This document shows positions 1 to 13,780 of a DNA stretch of 64,000 nt, in pieces. How positions within the stretch are numbered: the first letter of the stretch is position 1; each line of letters begins with the position of its first letter. Under the pieces are notes generated by a model. The model was not told where the DNA came from. It saw only the letters and a program-made list of their open reading frames with translations, and made no database searches. This stretch comes from Hydrolagus affinis (taxonomy: Eukaryota), in contig JAAILG010000840.1 of NCBI GenBank assembly GCA_012026655.1, forward strand, positions 1-64,000, given 5' to 3'. The position numbers and the translations under genes are program-made.

Positions 1-141
1 TCGACCTCCCCTTTGTGTTTCACCCCCGCCCAAACACTCCCCTCCCAGCTCGGGTCACATTCCCCCTGTGCAGCGCCTTGGGACGTCCTCCCGACGTGAA
101 AGGCGCTCTATAAATGTAATTTGTTGTTGTTGTTGTTGTTG
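1..141 (+). mobile_element. L2-type LINE 3' end with (TTG)n tail
   Basis: agcgccttgggacgtcctcccgacgtgaaaggcgctctataaatgtaattt(gtt)n. The same terminus recurs over 15 times and follows L2 ORF2-like sequence at 29727-30080. Confidence 0.75.
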
Positions 142-392
142 ATTAGAAAAGTGCTGATTTAGTTGCAAGTCAACATCTTTAAATGTAGTGTTAATGTTTG
201 GACACAGCTTGAACTTCAATCACTCTTAATGGAAACACAGATACATAGTGGGATGAGATAATTATGCGTTTCTAATCTTTAAAAATGACAATTCAACTCG
301 ATCTTAATATTAACTTGTTTTTAAAGAGTAAAAAGTCAATGCTCCCGTAGAATATACCAGAGAAATCCAAACATGACACAAGTGATAGGATA

Positions 393-468
393 AACAACAA
401 TAACAGCAATAAACTTACATTTCTAAAGCGCCTTTCACGTCGGCCGGACGTCCCAAGTCGCTGGGACA
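393..468 (-). mobile_element. L2-type 3' end fragment
   Basis: Reverse complement of the terminus at 72-141. Confidence 0.7.
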
Positions 469-523
469 CTCTGCATACAATATTCAATTTAATTATATTT
501 GCGAAAGCAAAGACAAGAACTAC

Positions 524-720
524 CTCAACCCTCCATGATATTGCTGTTTCTCGAATATTGTTACGTCCGTGTAGCCCAGTCGAGCCAAGAAAGAACCACA
601 GCTGATGCTGGCTGGTCCACATCCGATCAGGGCTATTTTACCACGATAGCTGTCGGGCAGTTCATCGGGATGTGGAAGCGATGGATTCCGAATCTGAGGG
701 ACCTTCATAGCTTTGAAAAC
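524..720 (-). CDS. DPYD: DPYD exon 6 (197 nt), [65 protein letters not shown](S)
   Basis: ccacgtag acceptor and gtagtt donor. Has the FAD-binding Rossmann motif GCGPAS; length equals human exon 6. Confidence 0.97.
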
Positions 721-1292
721 CTACGTGGGTCAAATAAAACACAAGTCTTGAAACTCAACACAAGCATTTCTACAGTTCAACCAGTTATTTCCTATGTTTT
801 AATTTTTCCTTTAAAAAAAACCTGCTCATTCCTGTAGCATGAGCTAAAGCGGCAGCTCATTGGTGAATGTGATGTTGTATTCAGGATAATGTTATGTGTA
901 GATAATACCCGTGAACATTCCTTGAAGGTATTTTGGGGACTGACTTTACAGGTATCACCCACATCAGTTATAGTTCCAGACCCATTGATTTTGTTTCAAA
1001 GGTTAAAACATCAGACAACTTTGAAGCAACCTTACCTGTGCAAATGGTGCTTTGAGTGTTAAGTTTATGCAACAACTACTGACATCTGAGACCTCAGCGT
1101 AAAAGGATCATTTGATCTGAAATGAACCAAGGCCTAAGTCGCCCAACCTCCCTCAATGAGGACCTCTCTCATCAGGTCTCATTGCATAGGTGTGTCATTG
1201 CCTCTGCAGAGCTGCTGTTCACAGCTTGTGAGGCACTCTAACCCACACTAGATGGGGTGCTAGTTGAGGACTTGAATTGAGTGAGGCACAAA

Positions 1293-1460
1293 CACAACAA
1301 CAACAACTTGCATTCCGATACCATCCTTCCATGCGGAGTAGCTTCACGAAGTGCTTGACAGGGGCTGAGTCTGACCCCGAGCCAGGGGGAGCGGTGGTGG
1401 GGGAGGGGGGGGGGGGGGCGTAAGCACGATCAAAAGCGAAGGTCTTCCCACAAGTGCCAA
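1293..1460 (-). mobile_element. L2-type 3' end remnant
   Basis: (CAA)n-cttgcatt tail followed by a G-rich segment and gaaggtctt, as in the copies at 29.8 kb and 62.2 kb. Confidence 0.55.
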
Positions 1461-2975
1461 ATACCAGGCTGACCAAGCGAAGAGTTGCAACTATAAATGT
1501 AACTATTTCACCTTTCATAATGTGTTAAATATTTAACTTAAAGACTTGGCTAACAGAGAAAAGGTTCCAATAAACACTGTATTATCGATGTATTTAACCA
1601 AACCCCAAACACACAAAGGGAGATAACTGAACTGAAAAATGGTTTTCATGCTTCAGAAGCCAACCATAAAAGCATCATAAAAGCGCTTTCCAAATGCAAT
1701 TATTATTGGATTTCTTAACTGTACATTTCATATTTGCTATTGTCAGAATTAAAATATAGAAAAAGCTGGTAAACAAAGCATAGCAAATAATGAATGCATA
1801 TTGATTTCTACTCGAAATCAGACATTTGGAATTGAAATTGAGACTGAGCAGTCACATTATAATGAAACTAAAATGAAACTTGCGGTGAGATACAAAGATA
1901 GCCAGAAAGCCAATTTGCACAACCATAGCAATAAAATCTATTGTGTACTACTTTGCAGTGAAGGGAAAAAGAATCAGAGCATCATGATAAAATTAAGCTC
2001 TGACCCACAGCGTGCATTGAAGCCAATTGTGATACAGGTACCTGCTATTGCCAACCCAGCTGCAGTTTGCTGATTTAGCACTGACAGAAGACTGAACTTA
2101 AGTGACAGGCTCAGTTCCACACTAGAGCGTGTGTTATTACTGATGGGATATCGAGGGATGTTGTCTGTTTGTTAAATTTAGCACTGACTTAACACCATGT
2201 GACAAATGGTTGTCTCAGAGTCATGGATTGTTTGATTGGTATTAATGCTAGTTTGCATCTTCCAAAATAGATCGAACGCTACGGTAAAGGGTTTGACAAT
2301 CATTGGTTTGAAAAACCACTACTGATGATGCGTATGTATGCGTAGGGAGCTACAGGTAGATACTATTAACTTGCGCCACTTGGAGTTTCAAATCACTTTA
2401 TTAGCATTTTGTACCGGTGTATTAAACAGCAGACCTGCAGAATGTGAGGCAGAAGAAGACCTACCATGTGAAACCATCATGGATCAATATAGGTGAGTGG
2501 GGAACAAGTCACTGAACAATATGCATATCATGAGTATTGCATAATCCCATAATCACATCCTCAAAATGGATACCTGTGCATTGGTTATCTGTGCTTTGAG
2601 AGATTTATTTTGTGTCTGTGACTGGAACTAAATCAATTCCAGTTACGTGGAGCAAATACATGTAATTTTGCAACTGACACCAGCCAGAACGTGAATATAT
2701 TAATGGATCCTTGGAGAAAAGAGTAGCAAATCACAGAGTGTACATTTCAGAAACAGCGATGCAACCACACAGGAGGGTGAACAGACAGAGTGCTGTAGGG
2801 ATCCTATCAGCTAATGAACTGGGTTTAAAAGACTGACTTGTACATAAGGGAGATAGAAATAGGTTTTACTTCAAAACTATTAACAGGAGCATACACGGTT
2901 ATGACTCACTGCTCAAAAAAGGAAGACACATTTCAATGTATGAGGTGTTTTTTTTCCAACGTCAGTTAACAATAC

Positions 2976-3040
2976 AACAACAAAAAACAAAATTACATTT
3001 GTATAGCGCCTTTCACGTTGGGAGGATGTGCTAAGGTGCT
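2976..3040 (-). mobile_element. L2-type 3' end fragment
   Basis: caaaattacatttgtatagcgcctttcacgttgggagga. Confidence 0.7.
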
Positions 3041-3136
3041 GAAGTAGATGATATGCAAAGCAATTAAATATATTACATACAACTAAATAATTATTTGCGT
3101 ACTATGTGAAAAAGTTACGGTGCTGAACTATAACAC

Positions 3137-3418
3137 CATTGTAGCTCAGTGGTTAGAGCCTCACAAGCGAGAGACCTAGGTTTGATTCCCGGCAGGGTGA
3201 AACATTGGGCAAGTTTCCTTACTCCACACGCCTAATAATAAATCCCTCAACAACAAAATAATTGGTCACTCAATCCATGACTGTTTGTGGGACACTGCTG
3301 TGCGCAATTGGCTGCTGGGTTTCGCCCACAAAAATATACAGTCGATTCACTTTACAGTATATTCCGTGAAGCGCTTTGAGATGTCTAGATTAAATGAAAG
3401 GATTATTATTCTTATTAT
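3137..3418 (+). mobile_element. tRNA-derived SINE, near full length (DeuSINE-like body, (TTA)n tail)
   Basis: A-box gtagctcagtggttagagc, B-box-like ggtttgattccc, body gtgggacactgctgtgcgcaattggctgc, tail ggattattatt. Confidence 0.85.
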
Positions 3419-4164
3419 GTATCTGTGGTACACACAGCTTGACACAATAAACTGCAACATGCAAGGAAAAAAGTGCTCTGTCTGCCAGGCTTATCCAGTA
3501 AAAGGTACTCCGCAGGGTTCCACCTTGCAATGAGGAGGAGCCTTCTCTAGTCACAGGTGAACCAGATGCTGGCTCTGTACCCCCGTAGAGAGGCATTTAA
3601 AAGCCACTAAGGAGCTGTGAATGGCTACATCCCAAAGCAACATGAGAAGAGTTGTTGGGTAGGCACCAATGTCGTGTGCAAATTGAGCAGAAAGCCCATC
3701 TGCTACACCACCTGTGCCCAGTGCTTGCTTACTTCTGTGTGTGTGTGTGTGTCTGTCTGTCCGTCTGGCTAGGTGGCGGGGAGAGGTGCAACAAGACTGG
3801 CAACTGTCTCTTGTGGCTGATTCATCCTCCCATCGTGAACATTCGCGGTATACAGCGGGGAGTCTGGTAGCAGGTGAGGGGGGAGTCATTCCCGCTGCTC
3901 TGCTCCTGACTGCGGACTACCACACCGGGCAGACCAGGTCAGTGGCAACTTTACACCTGATGAAATGGAGCTGCACGAACCGGAAGTGGAGCAGACGACC
4001 ACTTATCTGTGAAGGAAAATTGACTATCAAACCGATATGTCACGAGAAACAGCTGCAGACACCGTTTTAGGGGAGGTTTATCCAAAAGCAAAGAGCGCCC
4101 ACCCATTGACTATTGCATCAAAGGCTTCGGCCACTGAGTGCTAAAACTTTAAAGTACTTTATTG

Positions 4165-4292
4165 GTATGCTGCTTAGATTTCGCCCACAAATATACACAG
4201 TCAATTCACTTTACAGTGTATTCTGTGAAGCGCTTTGAGACGTCTAGAAGAAGTAAAAAGCGCTATATCAAACGCAAGGATTATTATTATTA
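4165..4292 (+). mobile_element. SINE 3' fragment
   Basis: tttcgcccacaaatatacacagtcaattcactttacag...gcaaggattattatt. Confidence 0.8.
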
Positions 4293-4797
4293 CGATTTTT
4301 ATTACATTTCTTGCAGAGTGCTCTCTCCGAATTACGTTTTACTCTCGTGGAAGATGGGATGAAAGAAAAAATGCAATTTAAACCTACCAGATATCTTGGG
4401 CTCCAGAGTAAAGGATTTGACCTCTGAAATGATTCTGAAGATCTTGGCAATCTTGTCCTGCAGCCAAGCTAGAGTTTTCTTTGTGTCTGTGCGCCTCAGC
4501 GATGCTCCTTTGACCTTTCGGTCAGGAAAATCCATTTGTTTGCTCGTCGGTCTTTTCCGGCAGTTAATGCTTTTTGACAATCCCTTCCAGTTTGATAAAG
4601 TTTAGAACTTTATTTGCTTTTTACCTATCGTGATGCCGTGCTCGTGGAAAATGTGGCTGACGCTTTGAATAAAGGGCATCTTTTAAATCTGCAAAACTAC
4701 CTTTGTTCCTTTCTGTGTCCAAATTTTGTACCTTTACCCCTGGAGCATGTGACATCTCGCTCCATTATTAGTGTGATTATAGCATATCATAATATTG

Positions 4798-4905
4798 AAA
4801 ATAACCCTTGCATTTGATATAGCGCTGTTCACATAGTCTAGACATCGCAAAGCGCTTCGCAGAATATACTGGAAAAGTGAGTTGACTGTATATTTGTGGG
4901 CGACA
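4798..4905 (-). mobile_element. SINE 3' fragment, inverted relative to 4165-4292
   Basis: ccttgcatttgatatagcgct...tatttgtgggcg. Confidence 0.8.
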
Positions 4906-7184
4906 TTTATGTGTGATATAAACAAAGCGGCTTGCTCAGACAGCAGGCCTTAATGGTAACTAGTTTGGGATTAAGAATCGTAACTTACTACTGGCAGTAA
5001 GCTATTGCTTATTGGACAATATCTCATTCCTACATGGTTGGTTAGCAACGAAATTTACCACCAAATATACCAGAGGCAAGGATTTTCTTCACCAAATAGA
5101 AAAATCCCATCTGTTACATAATTAACATTGCAAGTTCTGCTTTCTACTCCAGTGAGCACATTCTTCGCTCCAATTCTACTCCGCTTTTGTTACTCTGATT
5201 TTGAACACTGAGGGAAAGGAAAGAGATCCAAAATTCTATCTCCTTTGTCTTACCCCCTCCGTTCAATCTGCAGGTGGAACATTGAACCATCCAAGCAATT
5301 CCTGATTTGATTTAGAGCTTGTGCTGCCGTTCCTCAATCCAGACCACTTGAGTATAACTTCTAGGGATCTAAATGATTGTGCCCCATATAGGAATTTGAC
5401 AATGTAGTGGTTTGAACAAAAGCTGATTGTACTGTACAATATGATAGTACGTTTACATAAATGGGAAAGGGAATGAAAATGGTAAAGTTCACTGTACTAA
5501 CCACATAATGCTTCAATATCACAGACTCTATTCCCTTTACTCCATATACATATAGATTCTTTCTGAATACACTGGAAAATTGTAGCCCAAATTTTGTGCA
5601 GCGCATACCAAGATACAAGTCTGTCACCATGAATTATGAGGAATGCCGTTGACAGTTATGGATCAGCCAGCCAAAATCAAGTTCCCAAGAGATATTAGAC
5701 TGTGTAATGAAAGTACTGTCTAAAGCAATCCTTTTATGTCCAATGGATCAAAAATGAACACCTAACAGCCAGATATAAAATGGCCCAAATTTAGCAACTT
5801 TCATCAAACTGTGAAACCAAATACTTTGTAACTAATCTCAGGCTTAAATGAAATGCAATCTTTTCATAAGATAGACCAAAGTCACAAATCAAGCCCAAAG
5901 TTATTACTTGCACTTGTTCTCTAAACACTACCATTTTGCTATTGGATTTATCATGGCTATGACACCTATTATAAGCCTAATCTTCTTCCTTTATGTAAGC
6001 CTATATTTCTAATGCTGAATCTGACATTTATCATGCTGCAGACTAGCTGTACAATAGGCAGCTACAACCATCACTACTTTACCAGTATTAGTTGACAGAC
6101 GCTCAGTGTCAAAAGCACCACAACTGCAGTAACAGACGGCTTACCAGTGTCATCAATACTCTCGCTGATTTTGGTGAAGTACTCCATCATGTATTATGTC
6201 AGTATGACCTGCAAAAGTTGTCCCCTCTCCTTATTCTCCAATGTTGCGAGTGCAATTTGTGCAATTACGAGTGCAATCACTAATACGCTGGAAGAATATA
6301 CAGCACTGTAGTTTGCTATGAATTACTCTGTACCTCAAAATGCAAACAATAACCTTCTGTGGCTTCCTGAACTGTATCACAGCTTCATTTATATAAACAT
6401 CGATTTCTCAGCAGCTTCAATTCTCCAGCAGCTTTAGAAAATGTTTAACGTTGCCACAATTTTTCATTCTTCCAGCATTACAAGATTTGCTGTGCAAAAC
6501 ACAGATAATAAGTTTTGCAAGATGGTGAATTAGTTTGATGAATCCACCCCATGACCATCAGGCCACTGAGTAATTTGGAAAGTAACAGTAAATACCAACT
6601 GATGCAGTAAAATATATTGAGATTAGATGTTCAGCAGCTGGTGAATGCAGTATTTTAACTAACAGGTGGAGCGAGCTTTCCCGCAATGGATAATGTTTCT
6701 CAACGGAAATATTTTCAGGGAAGCATTTTCCAGCACTATTATTATAACCTTCCACTTTATGTGCGTCATACCTCAGGAAATGAGAGATGCAATAATTGCA
6801 GCGTTTACCAAATGGACTAATTAGCGGGAATAATGCGTGTTTGGGAGACCATCGGCAAAGTATTTACAATGTGATTCTTCACTACAGGTTATAGAGTATG
6901 GATTTTAATTCCATCTCAAAAAATTCTGTGGCAAAGTAACTCATGCACGCATTATGTATTTTAGAAACGCGTTTCTTTTGACTCTGTCTCGGGATACGAG
7001 CAATGGCATCAGTCCTTGTGGTGATGATTCTCTCACAGTGGTGTATTATATAGAATACATTAAACAATATAAAATATATACACAATAATACAAAGGCTTT
7101 GAACTGTTCATCACCAACTTCATGAAAAGGCATTAGTCTTGTAGTTTGTGTATCTTAAGACTTATTATTTTGGTTTGAACCTAA

Positions 7185-7502
7185 CCCAGCAGGGAGAATC
7201 TTTGGGCAAGTTTCCTTACTCCACAGGCCAAATAATAATCCCTCAAGAAAAAAAAAACCAAGAATAATTTGGGCACTCAATCCACAGATGTTGGTGGGAC
7301 ACCGCTGTGTGCAATTGGCTGCCCACGTTTTGCCCACAAATATACCATCAATTTGTTTTACAGTAGTACTGTGAAGTACTATGAGACATCTAGAAGATGT
7401 GAAAAGCACTATATCAAATGCAAGGATTACATCATCAAGAACACCACAACAACAAAATTACATTTATGGAGCGCCTTTCACATCGGGAGGACGTCCCAAG
7501 GC
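7185..7502. mobile_element. SINE (+, about 7185-7435) joined tail-to-tail to an L2 3' end (-, about 7441-7502)
   Basis: gggcaagtttccttactccac...gcaaggatta, then acaacaacaaaattacatttatggagcgcctttcac. Confidence 0.8.
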
Positions 7503-7855
7503 AATCAGGTCAGAATACATACAAGAATGGACAAATCCCAAATTCGGTCCTTAAGTCTGCTCCATAAAAGTGACCTGTTCTTATGTCATATTTTTTAATC
7601 TACAAAACGCAATGTAGATTCACTCAAATCTTCAATGCAAACTGTACAATTCAACTTCTTTCCAATCACCTCTTTCATACTCACTCTCTCTCTCTCTTCA
7701 AAAACCTAAAGTCACTCTTCCCAGAATCCTTTCGTACTTGCCCCATACTTAATTGCCACTTACGTTGCTAAAGCAACATCTTACAAATGCACAAAGCAAA
7801 ATAGCTTAAAAAAAATGACCAAACACTGATGTAGTTAACTTTAAGATCGCTTTCA

Positions 7856-8023
<168 letters not shown>

Positions 8024-10377
8024 CTATAAATAGACAATAAAAATAGAAGATTTGCAACAGCAATGTACAAAAAGGTAGCGTTAATTCTACATAACCACTT
8101 GCATCCTTAGTTCCGAAATATAACAAGGCAAAGGATTTCTGAACGTCAAAAGTTAAACAAAGAAGAAATTGTGCTGAAGGTCAAGGAGAACGTGGAAGTG
8201 AAAGCTCAATTAACATTTCAAAGGGAATGATTGGACTGAAAAAAAAATCCAGATTAGAATTCAGGAGGTCAAGTGGTAGCAAGCCAAAAGGAAAAGCACA
8301 TGAACAAAGTGAGCATCTTTAAAATCATTGACTGCATTCACTGGGTGAAGATGTGTTAAAATGGTCATAAAACAAGGCATAAGAAATACAAAATGATCTG
8401 ATGCATTTCACCACTTACTAAGTCTCGGGAACTATTGAGAGATCCCACTGTAAGTAAGAACAAACTACCTGTACTTTGTTGTTGCCTCTGTTAACTGGTG
8501 TGGTGGGGACTGAGGCAGCAGAAGGCTTGGAGGTTAAATCCAATACAACGTGCCTTGCAACAAAATATCTGGGACATGAGGTCGGACGTTACCCTTTGTG
8601 ACAATACGTTTACGAGATATTTATTGCTAAATCCCCCACAGAGGATGATCCAGGCAATGAAGTGACAATTTTATTGTGTGACAATAAAGTATTTGTCTGA
8701 ACATAATGACCCTGGGCAGTGCCTCGATGTTTGTTACCCTGAAAAGAGCATTTCACGATACAACAGGTGACGCGACCATTCTCGGCAAGTTTACCTCAGA
8801 CGTCTCAACGCTGATTGCCGTGGACCGGTAGCATCTATAGCCTCCGTACCCTAAAGCACTCTCTTCACTCGTGATATTTACCAGCTATGTCTGAGAAATG
8901 ACTTTCATAACATATCCTACAGAAAGATTTAATCGACTTAGAAAAGGTTACAGGTAGGATCTCAGATTGTTCTACCAGTTCACCGCACAACCTGGAACTT
9001 TAAATCCCAATAGTTTCAAGCCTTTAAATTATGAAGACTGATTAGCTTCAGGCTTCAAAGCCTTCAATTCTAAAGCCTGTTCTCTCTTGCACTAAGGTGT
9101 GCCTGCGCTCTACTGCCCTCCCCTCTAATACTTCCCAAACTCCATTGTCTCCCAAAGGAAAGATTTCAAGACTCTGTTCTTCAAATCCCCCCATCGTCTC
9201 TCCCCACCTTCCCTTTGCAATCTTCTCAATATTTCAATAGCTTGGGAGTCCTGAGTCTGTGTTTGTTTGTGTGTGTATTTGGGTTTGATGGTTGGAGGGA
9301 AAACAGTGCCTGCTAAACTCTTCACATTAACCTTTAAGGGAGGCTGTTGCTTTCTTTGGATTTCCCAATGTATTGGGAACATGGCCCATCTACCAACAAC
9401 ACTCAGAACATTTGAAGAATGGGGATGAAACAGTACTTAATAAATCAATACAGGACAAAGAGTAATGTGAAGTTACTCTCATCATGTGGTTCAAATGTTA
9501 AGTTTTTCTCAAATTCTTGCAGACTAATGTCCATAAACTACAGACAAAATAAAGTATCGGACGGACCATTACTCTATTGTTCAGTTTATAAGTGAGAGAA
9601 AGAATAAGACAACAAAGGAATTAACTTAGCATTTGTAACCACTGCTTTAGCGGCTTGTAGTTTTCAGGTGATCGTTAATCACGCGCCTTTCAGGCTTTAA
9701 AAGATTACACAAGGGCACCAGCTATGACATGAAAGATTTCCCACAATGAACAGTGAGTGAGTGCAGCTCTTCCAGATGAAAATTTTTAAACCCTTATTAC
9801 TTGCCACATTGATCTGCCGCGACATGGGAGTGCAAGTCCAGCCCTAGAAACAGCCTGCGCTCCACTAATCATTCTGTGGCATATGCACAGCGATCCTTCA
9901 TTTGACCTCCGCTGCAGCATATAGAAGGTTGTATTAAACTGACCACGAGTCTTTTTCATTTTAATGTCACCGAATGAACGTTTAAGACGTGAGATCTCTT
10001 CTGCATCAGAAGCAGTTTGTTTTGCGTTATACTTTGCAAGAAAGAATCTGGCCTCACTTTGTATGCTACAGATCTGGCCAGTGTGCTGCTAATGTCTCAA
10101 GGTGACAAGGATCTGAAATTGCATTCGCACGTAATAAAATCTTGATCACCTCATGTCAACTTCCAGATCCTGGCCATTTCTCCCAGCTCATCCCCGAGAA
10201 ATGAAACTGGAGACAGCCAGGGAGTTTAATGACCTATTAGCAGGTAATTTTTGATGGTATTATAAATTAAACCTGCCAGACGTTGGGTAAGATATTTAAG
10301 TTCGTTTTATACCAACCTGTATCTATCCTTCAACAACTGAACTCAACTGGTTAAGCATGCACAACATTGTTTGATCA

Positions 10378-10638
<261 letters not shown>

Positions 10639-11686
10639 TCAATAAACAGACAGGGAACATTCTCGCCAAAATGCTATCAAGTACCACAGAATTCAGTTGA
10701 AAATAAGTTGTTCCCATGGCTCAGAAGTTAACAAGGGAATGAAAATATGTTTGCTTCATTAAAATATTTTCTGTTTGTCTGGCTAAGTTACTGAAGTGCC
10801 AGTCAGCAAAAAAACAATATCCCTAAAGTTATTTAAATAGAGTTCATCCATTCATACTAGATGGAGAAAAATATATGCCAATATACAGTACTGTACTTTG
10901 TAATGAGTTGCTGTTGTGGAAACAGTGAAGATTAAATAACCTACTTTACCTCAGTATGATCTAAACATATTAAATCTCAATTGGACTATATAACATTTCA
11001 CATTTTTATTTACAATTTTTATTTTCAATTTTACAAAAAGGTAAAGCTGTAATCACTTTTTGGGGGTTAGGCTTATATTTGAATCTTGTTTAGCTTTTCT
11101 TAAAAAAACAAAGTCAGGTTTATTAAGGTTTTTATATTTGACGCCAGAGTCGTTTATAAGAGTGAATGTAATAAAAGAAATAGCCGAAAAGACCCATGGA
11201 AAATTTGAGAAAGAAATGGAGGGAACTTGCTGTGAACCACAGGAGGCAAATAGCATACATGTGCACATTACTACCTCAGAGCCTGTGTGCACCAATTCCA
11301 TTACCTTGAAGCAGACTGAAGGTTGGATCCAATCTGAAACAAAAGCGGTCTGAAGTCATTCAGCCTAAGATGCTCCATTTGTTTTTGTTTCCAAAAGAAT
11401 TATTGCATGTTGAACAATTCTATAATGGGGCATATCAACTCTCATTTTGAGGAAGGAGCAATATCCTAACTCCAGGTGTTACATTTTGTGGGTAGATTTA
11501 TCCAATTTATCACCACCTTATCTTTATACCAGTGGGAAGATAAAGCATCCATTCCAAGCTGACTGTACTGTAATTATTTAAATCTAACAATTCAACAAGA
11601 ACAGAGGATGGACTGCCCTATCATACATTAATTTATCATACGTTGGTTGTGATAAACCACCAATATAAATGGAGATCACAACTGCA

Positions 11687-11950
11687 CAACAACAACAAAA
11701 TTACATTTGTAAAGCACCCCTCACTTTGGGAGGACATCCCAAGGCACTGGACAATCAGCTGGGGGTACAGAATCGGGGTAGAGAACAGGTGGGAAAGGAG
11801 GGTGACTGAAGGTATGTTTGAAGCGGAGTGGAGAAAGCGGACAGGTAATGCAAAGACCACGCTTTAGAGAGGCTGACCAGCGCCTTGGGACGGCCTCCTG
11901 ATGTGAAAGGCACGTGAAAGGCACTCTACAAACATAATTTTATTGTTGTG
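11687..11950. mobile_element. Two L2 3' ends in head-to-head orientation (- 11687-11870; + 11879-11950)
   Basis: A (CAA)n tail at the left end and a ttgttgt tail at the right end. Confidence 0.7.
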
Positions 11951-13574
11951 GTTGATTGGTTGTGACTCCTATGTATTTAGGGAATTTATTCACCAACTGG
12001 GTTGATTGAGGTGTAGGAGAACAAAAAGAAAATGCCTGATCTTAAAAAAAGTCAGAGAGACACAAAAACTCTTAAATGCTTTACTTAAACCTCAGCTATG
12101 TGTGGTCAATAAAAAAATAACACGACAGACCATCCTTTTCCTCAAGTATGGCTGGCATCCAGACCTTCAGTGCTAGAGTAATGGCTCTGTAATTATCTCA
12201 TTGACAGCCACAGGAGCTGGGCTATTGTCTGATATAACAACCTTGTTAGCACTATTTCTCTGGCATTCTTATAAAGGTAATTGGGTTAATAAATGTCTAT
12301 TAGCAGCACTGATAGAGGTGATTGCTATATATTTCCAAAAGTCCCCATTGAAATATATTTTTTGCCATCTTGAAAGCTAGTATTTCTTAGCGACATAACA
12401 TTCATTTCTTCATTACATAGCATAGAACATATAAACAATCTCAATGTGTGATTTAATAATTCATATTCGATGCACATTTTCTTTTATATTTCCTATCTAG
12501 AAAGCTGTTCTCCCACGTTCTCACCATCTTCACTGTGCTGGTCAATCCTCAGTACACCACTGACTATGGTTGAACCTTTGTTTATAAGGTGTCCCATTAT
12601 AAAACTGGTTTGCCTATAAGATTGGGTGACCATATTTTGTAAACCAAATCTAGGTTGCACAGATCGACCACCATGATTGTCCTTTAAAAACAATGTTTTA
12701 TTGAGCCCAATTATCTGGTTTAAACTAACTGGAGCAAACATGGGTGGGAAAAAAAAACCTTTGAGAAATCTTCAGGGAGTATAGAGTATTTTTTGGCAAT
12801 GATTTGAACAATAAGCAGCATTCCCCCCATGTTCATTTGTGCCATCTGCCCAAACAGCATCAACCTAAGGTGAGAAAGAAACAATTGTGTTCTGCTAAAA
12901 TGGTCATTTCTTGAAACCTTTATCCAACTATTCAAAAACTGTAATGGTCCAACTGATCAGAGCTTCAGAAGTTGAGACATATAACATGAAACGGTACATG
13001 ATAGGACTGATGGCTCAGAATAAAACAGCAATGCCTGTGTTATTTGAACTGGCACACCTTATGAATACTAAGCTTGCAAGCTGGACTGCTTTTGAATTTC
13101 ATGCAGTTTTTGGTGAAGGATTCTTTTTAATGAGCAATTGCAATATTTTTTTTTGCAAACCCTTCGTTTGGGTTTTCGTAGCTGCCAACTTCGATATGCA
13201 TATGTGCCTGTTAATCTGCCAACAGAATTTGTGAATGTGTTCTTATTTTACAGTCAATTAATCCAATCATCCAAAATCCACCTTAAATCCTCTTTGAGAT
13301 CATAATTGGGGACAAATTTTGAAAATGGGATAAAGGCAATTAATCTGGAATTTTCAATCAGGTGAAAAGAAGCAGAGCTAGAAAGATAAGTGATTACTTG
13401 AAATTTGCAATCAATAGGGTTAAACTGCAATGCCCTTTAACTTGTACACTGCACATAGACTTAAAGGGGAATCCTCTTCACAAATAAGCGTTTGGCGAAC
13501 TCAATTTACATATGGAATGCAGCGATCGAAATCATACTGTAGTGCACCACTGCGTCAGTTCTACACGATATCAC

Positions 13575-13780
13575 AATAATAATAATCCTTGCGTTTGATA
13601 TAGCGGCTTTTCACATCTTATCGACGTCCCAAAGCGCTTCATGGAATATACTGTAAAGTGAATTGACTATATATTTGTGGGCGAATCGAGGCAGCCAATT
13701 GCGCACAGCAGTGTCCCACAAATAGTCGTGGATTGAAATGACTAATTTTATTATTGTGTTTTTTGGGGACGGATTATCAT
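13575..13780 (-). mobile_element. SINE 3' module
   Basis: aataataatccttgcgtttgatatagcg...gcagccaattgcgcacagcagtgtcccac...ggattatc. Confidence 0.85.

Noticed and set aside
293-837. ORFs 293-622 (-) and 499-837 (+)
   Set aside because: They are alternative-frame and antisense shadows of DPYD exon 6.
4332-4700. Sense-strand alternative terminal exon in intron 5 (82-aa basic ORF), by analogy to the short human DPYD isoform
   Set aside because: The nearest acceptor gives ATT TAA in the exon 5 phase, the ORF is closed by a stop just upstream, and I recognise no homology.
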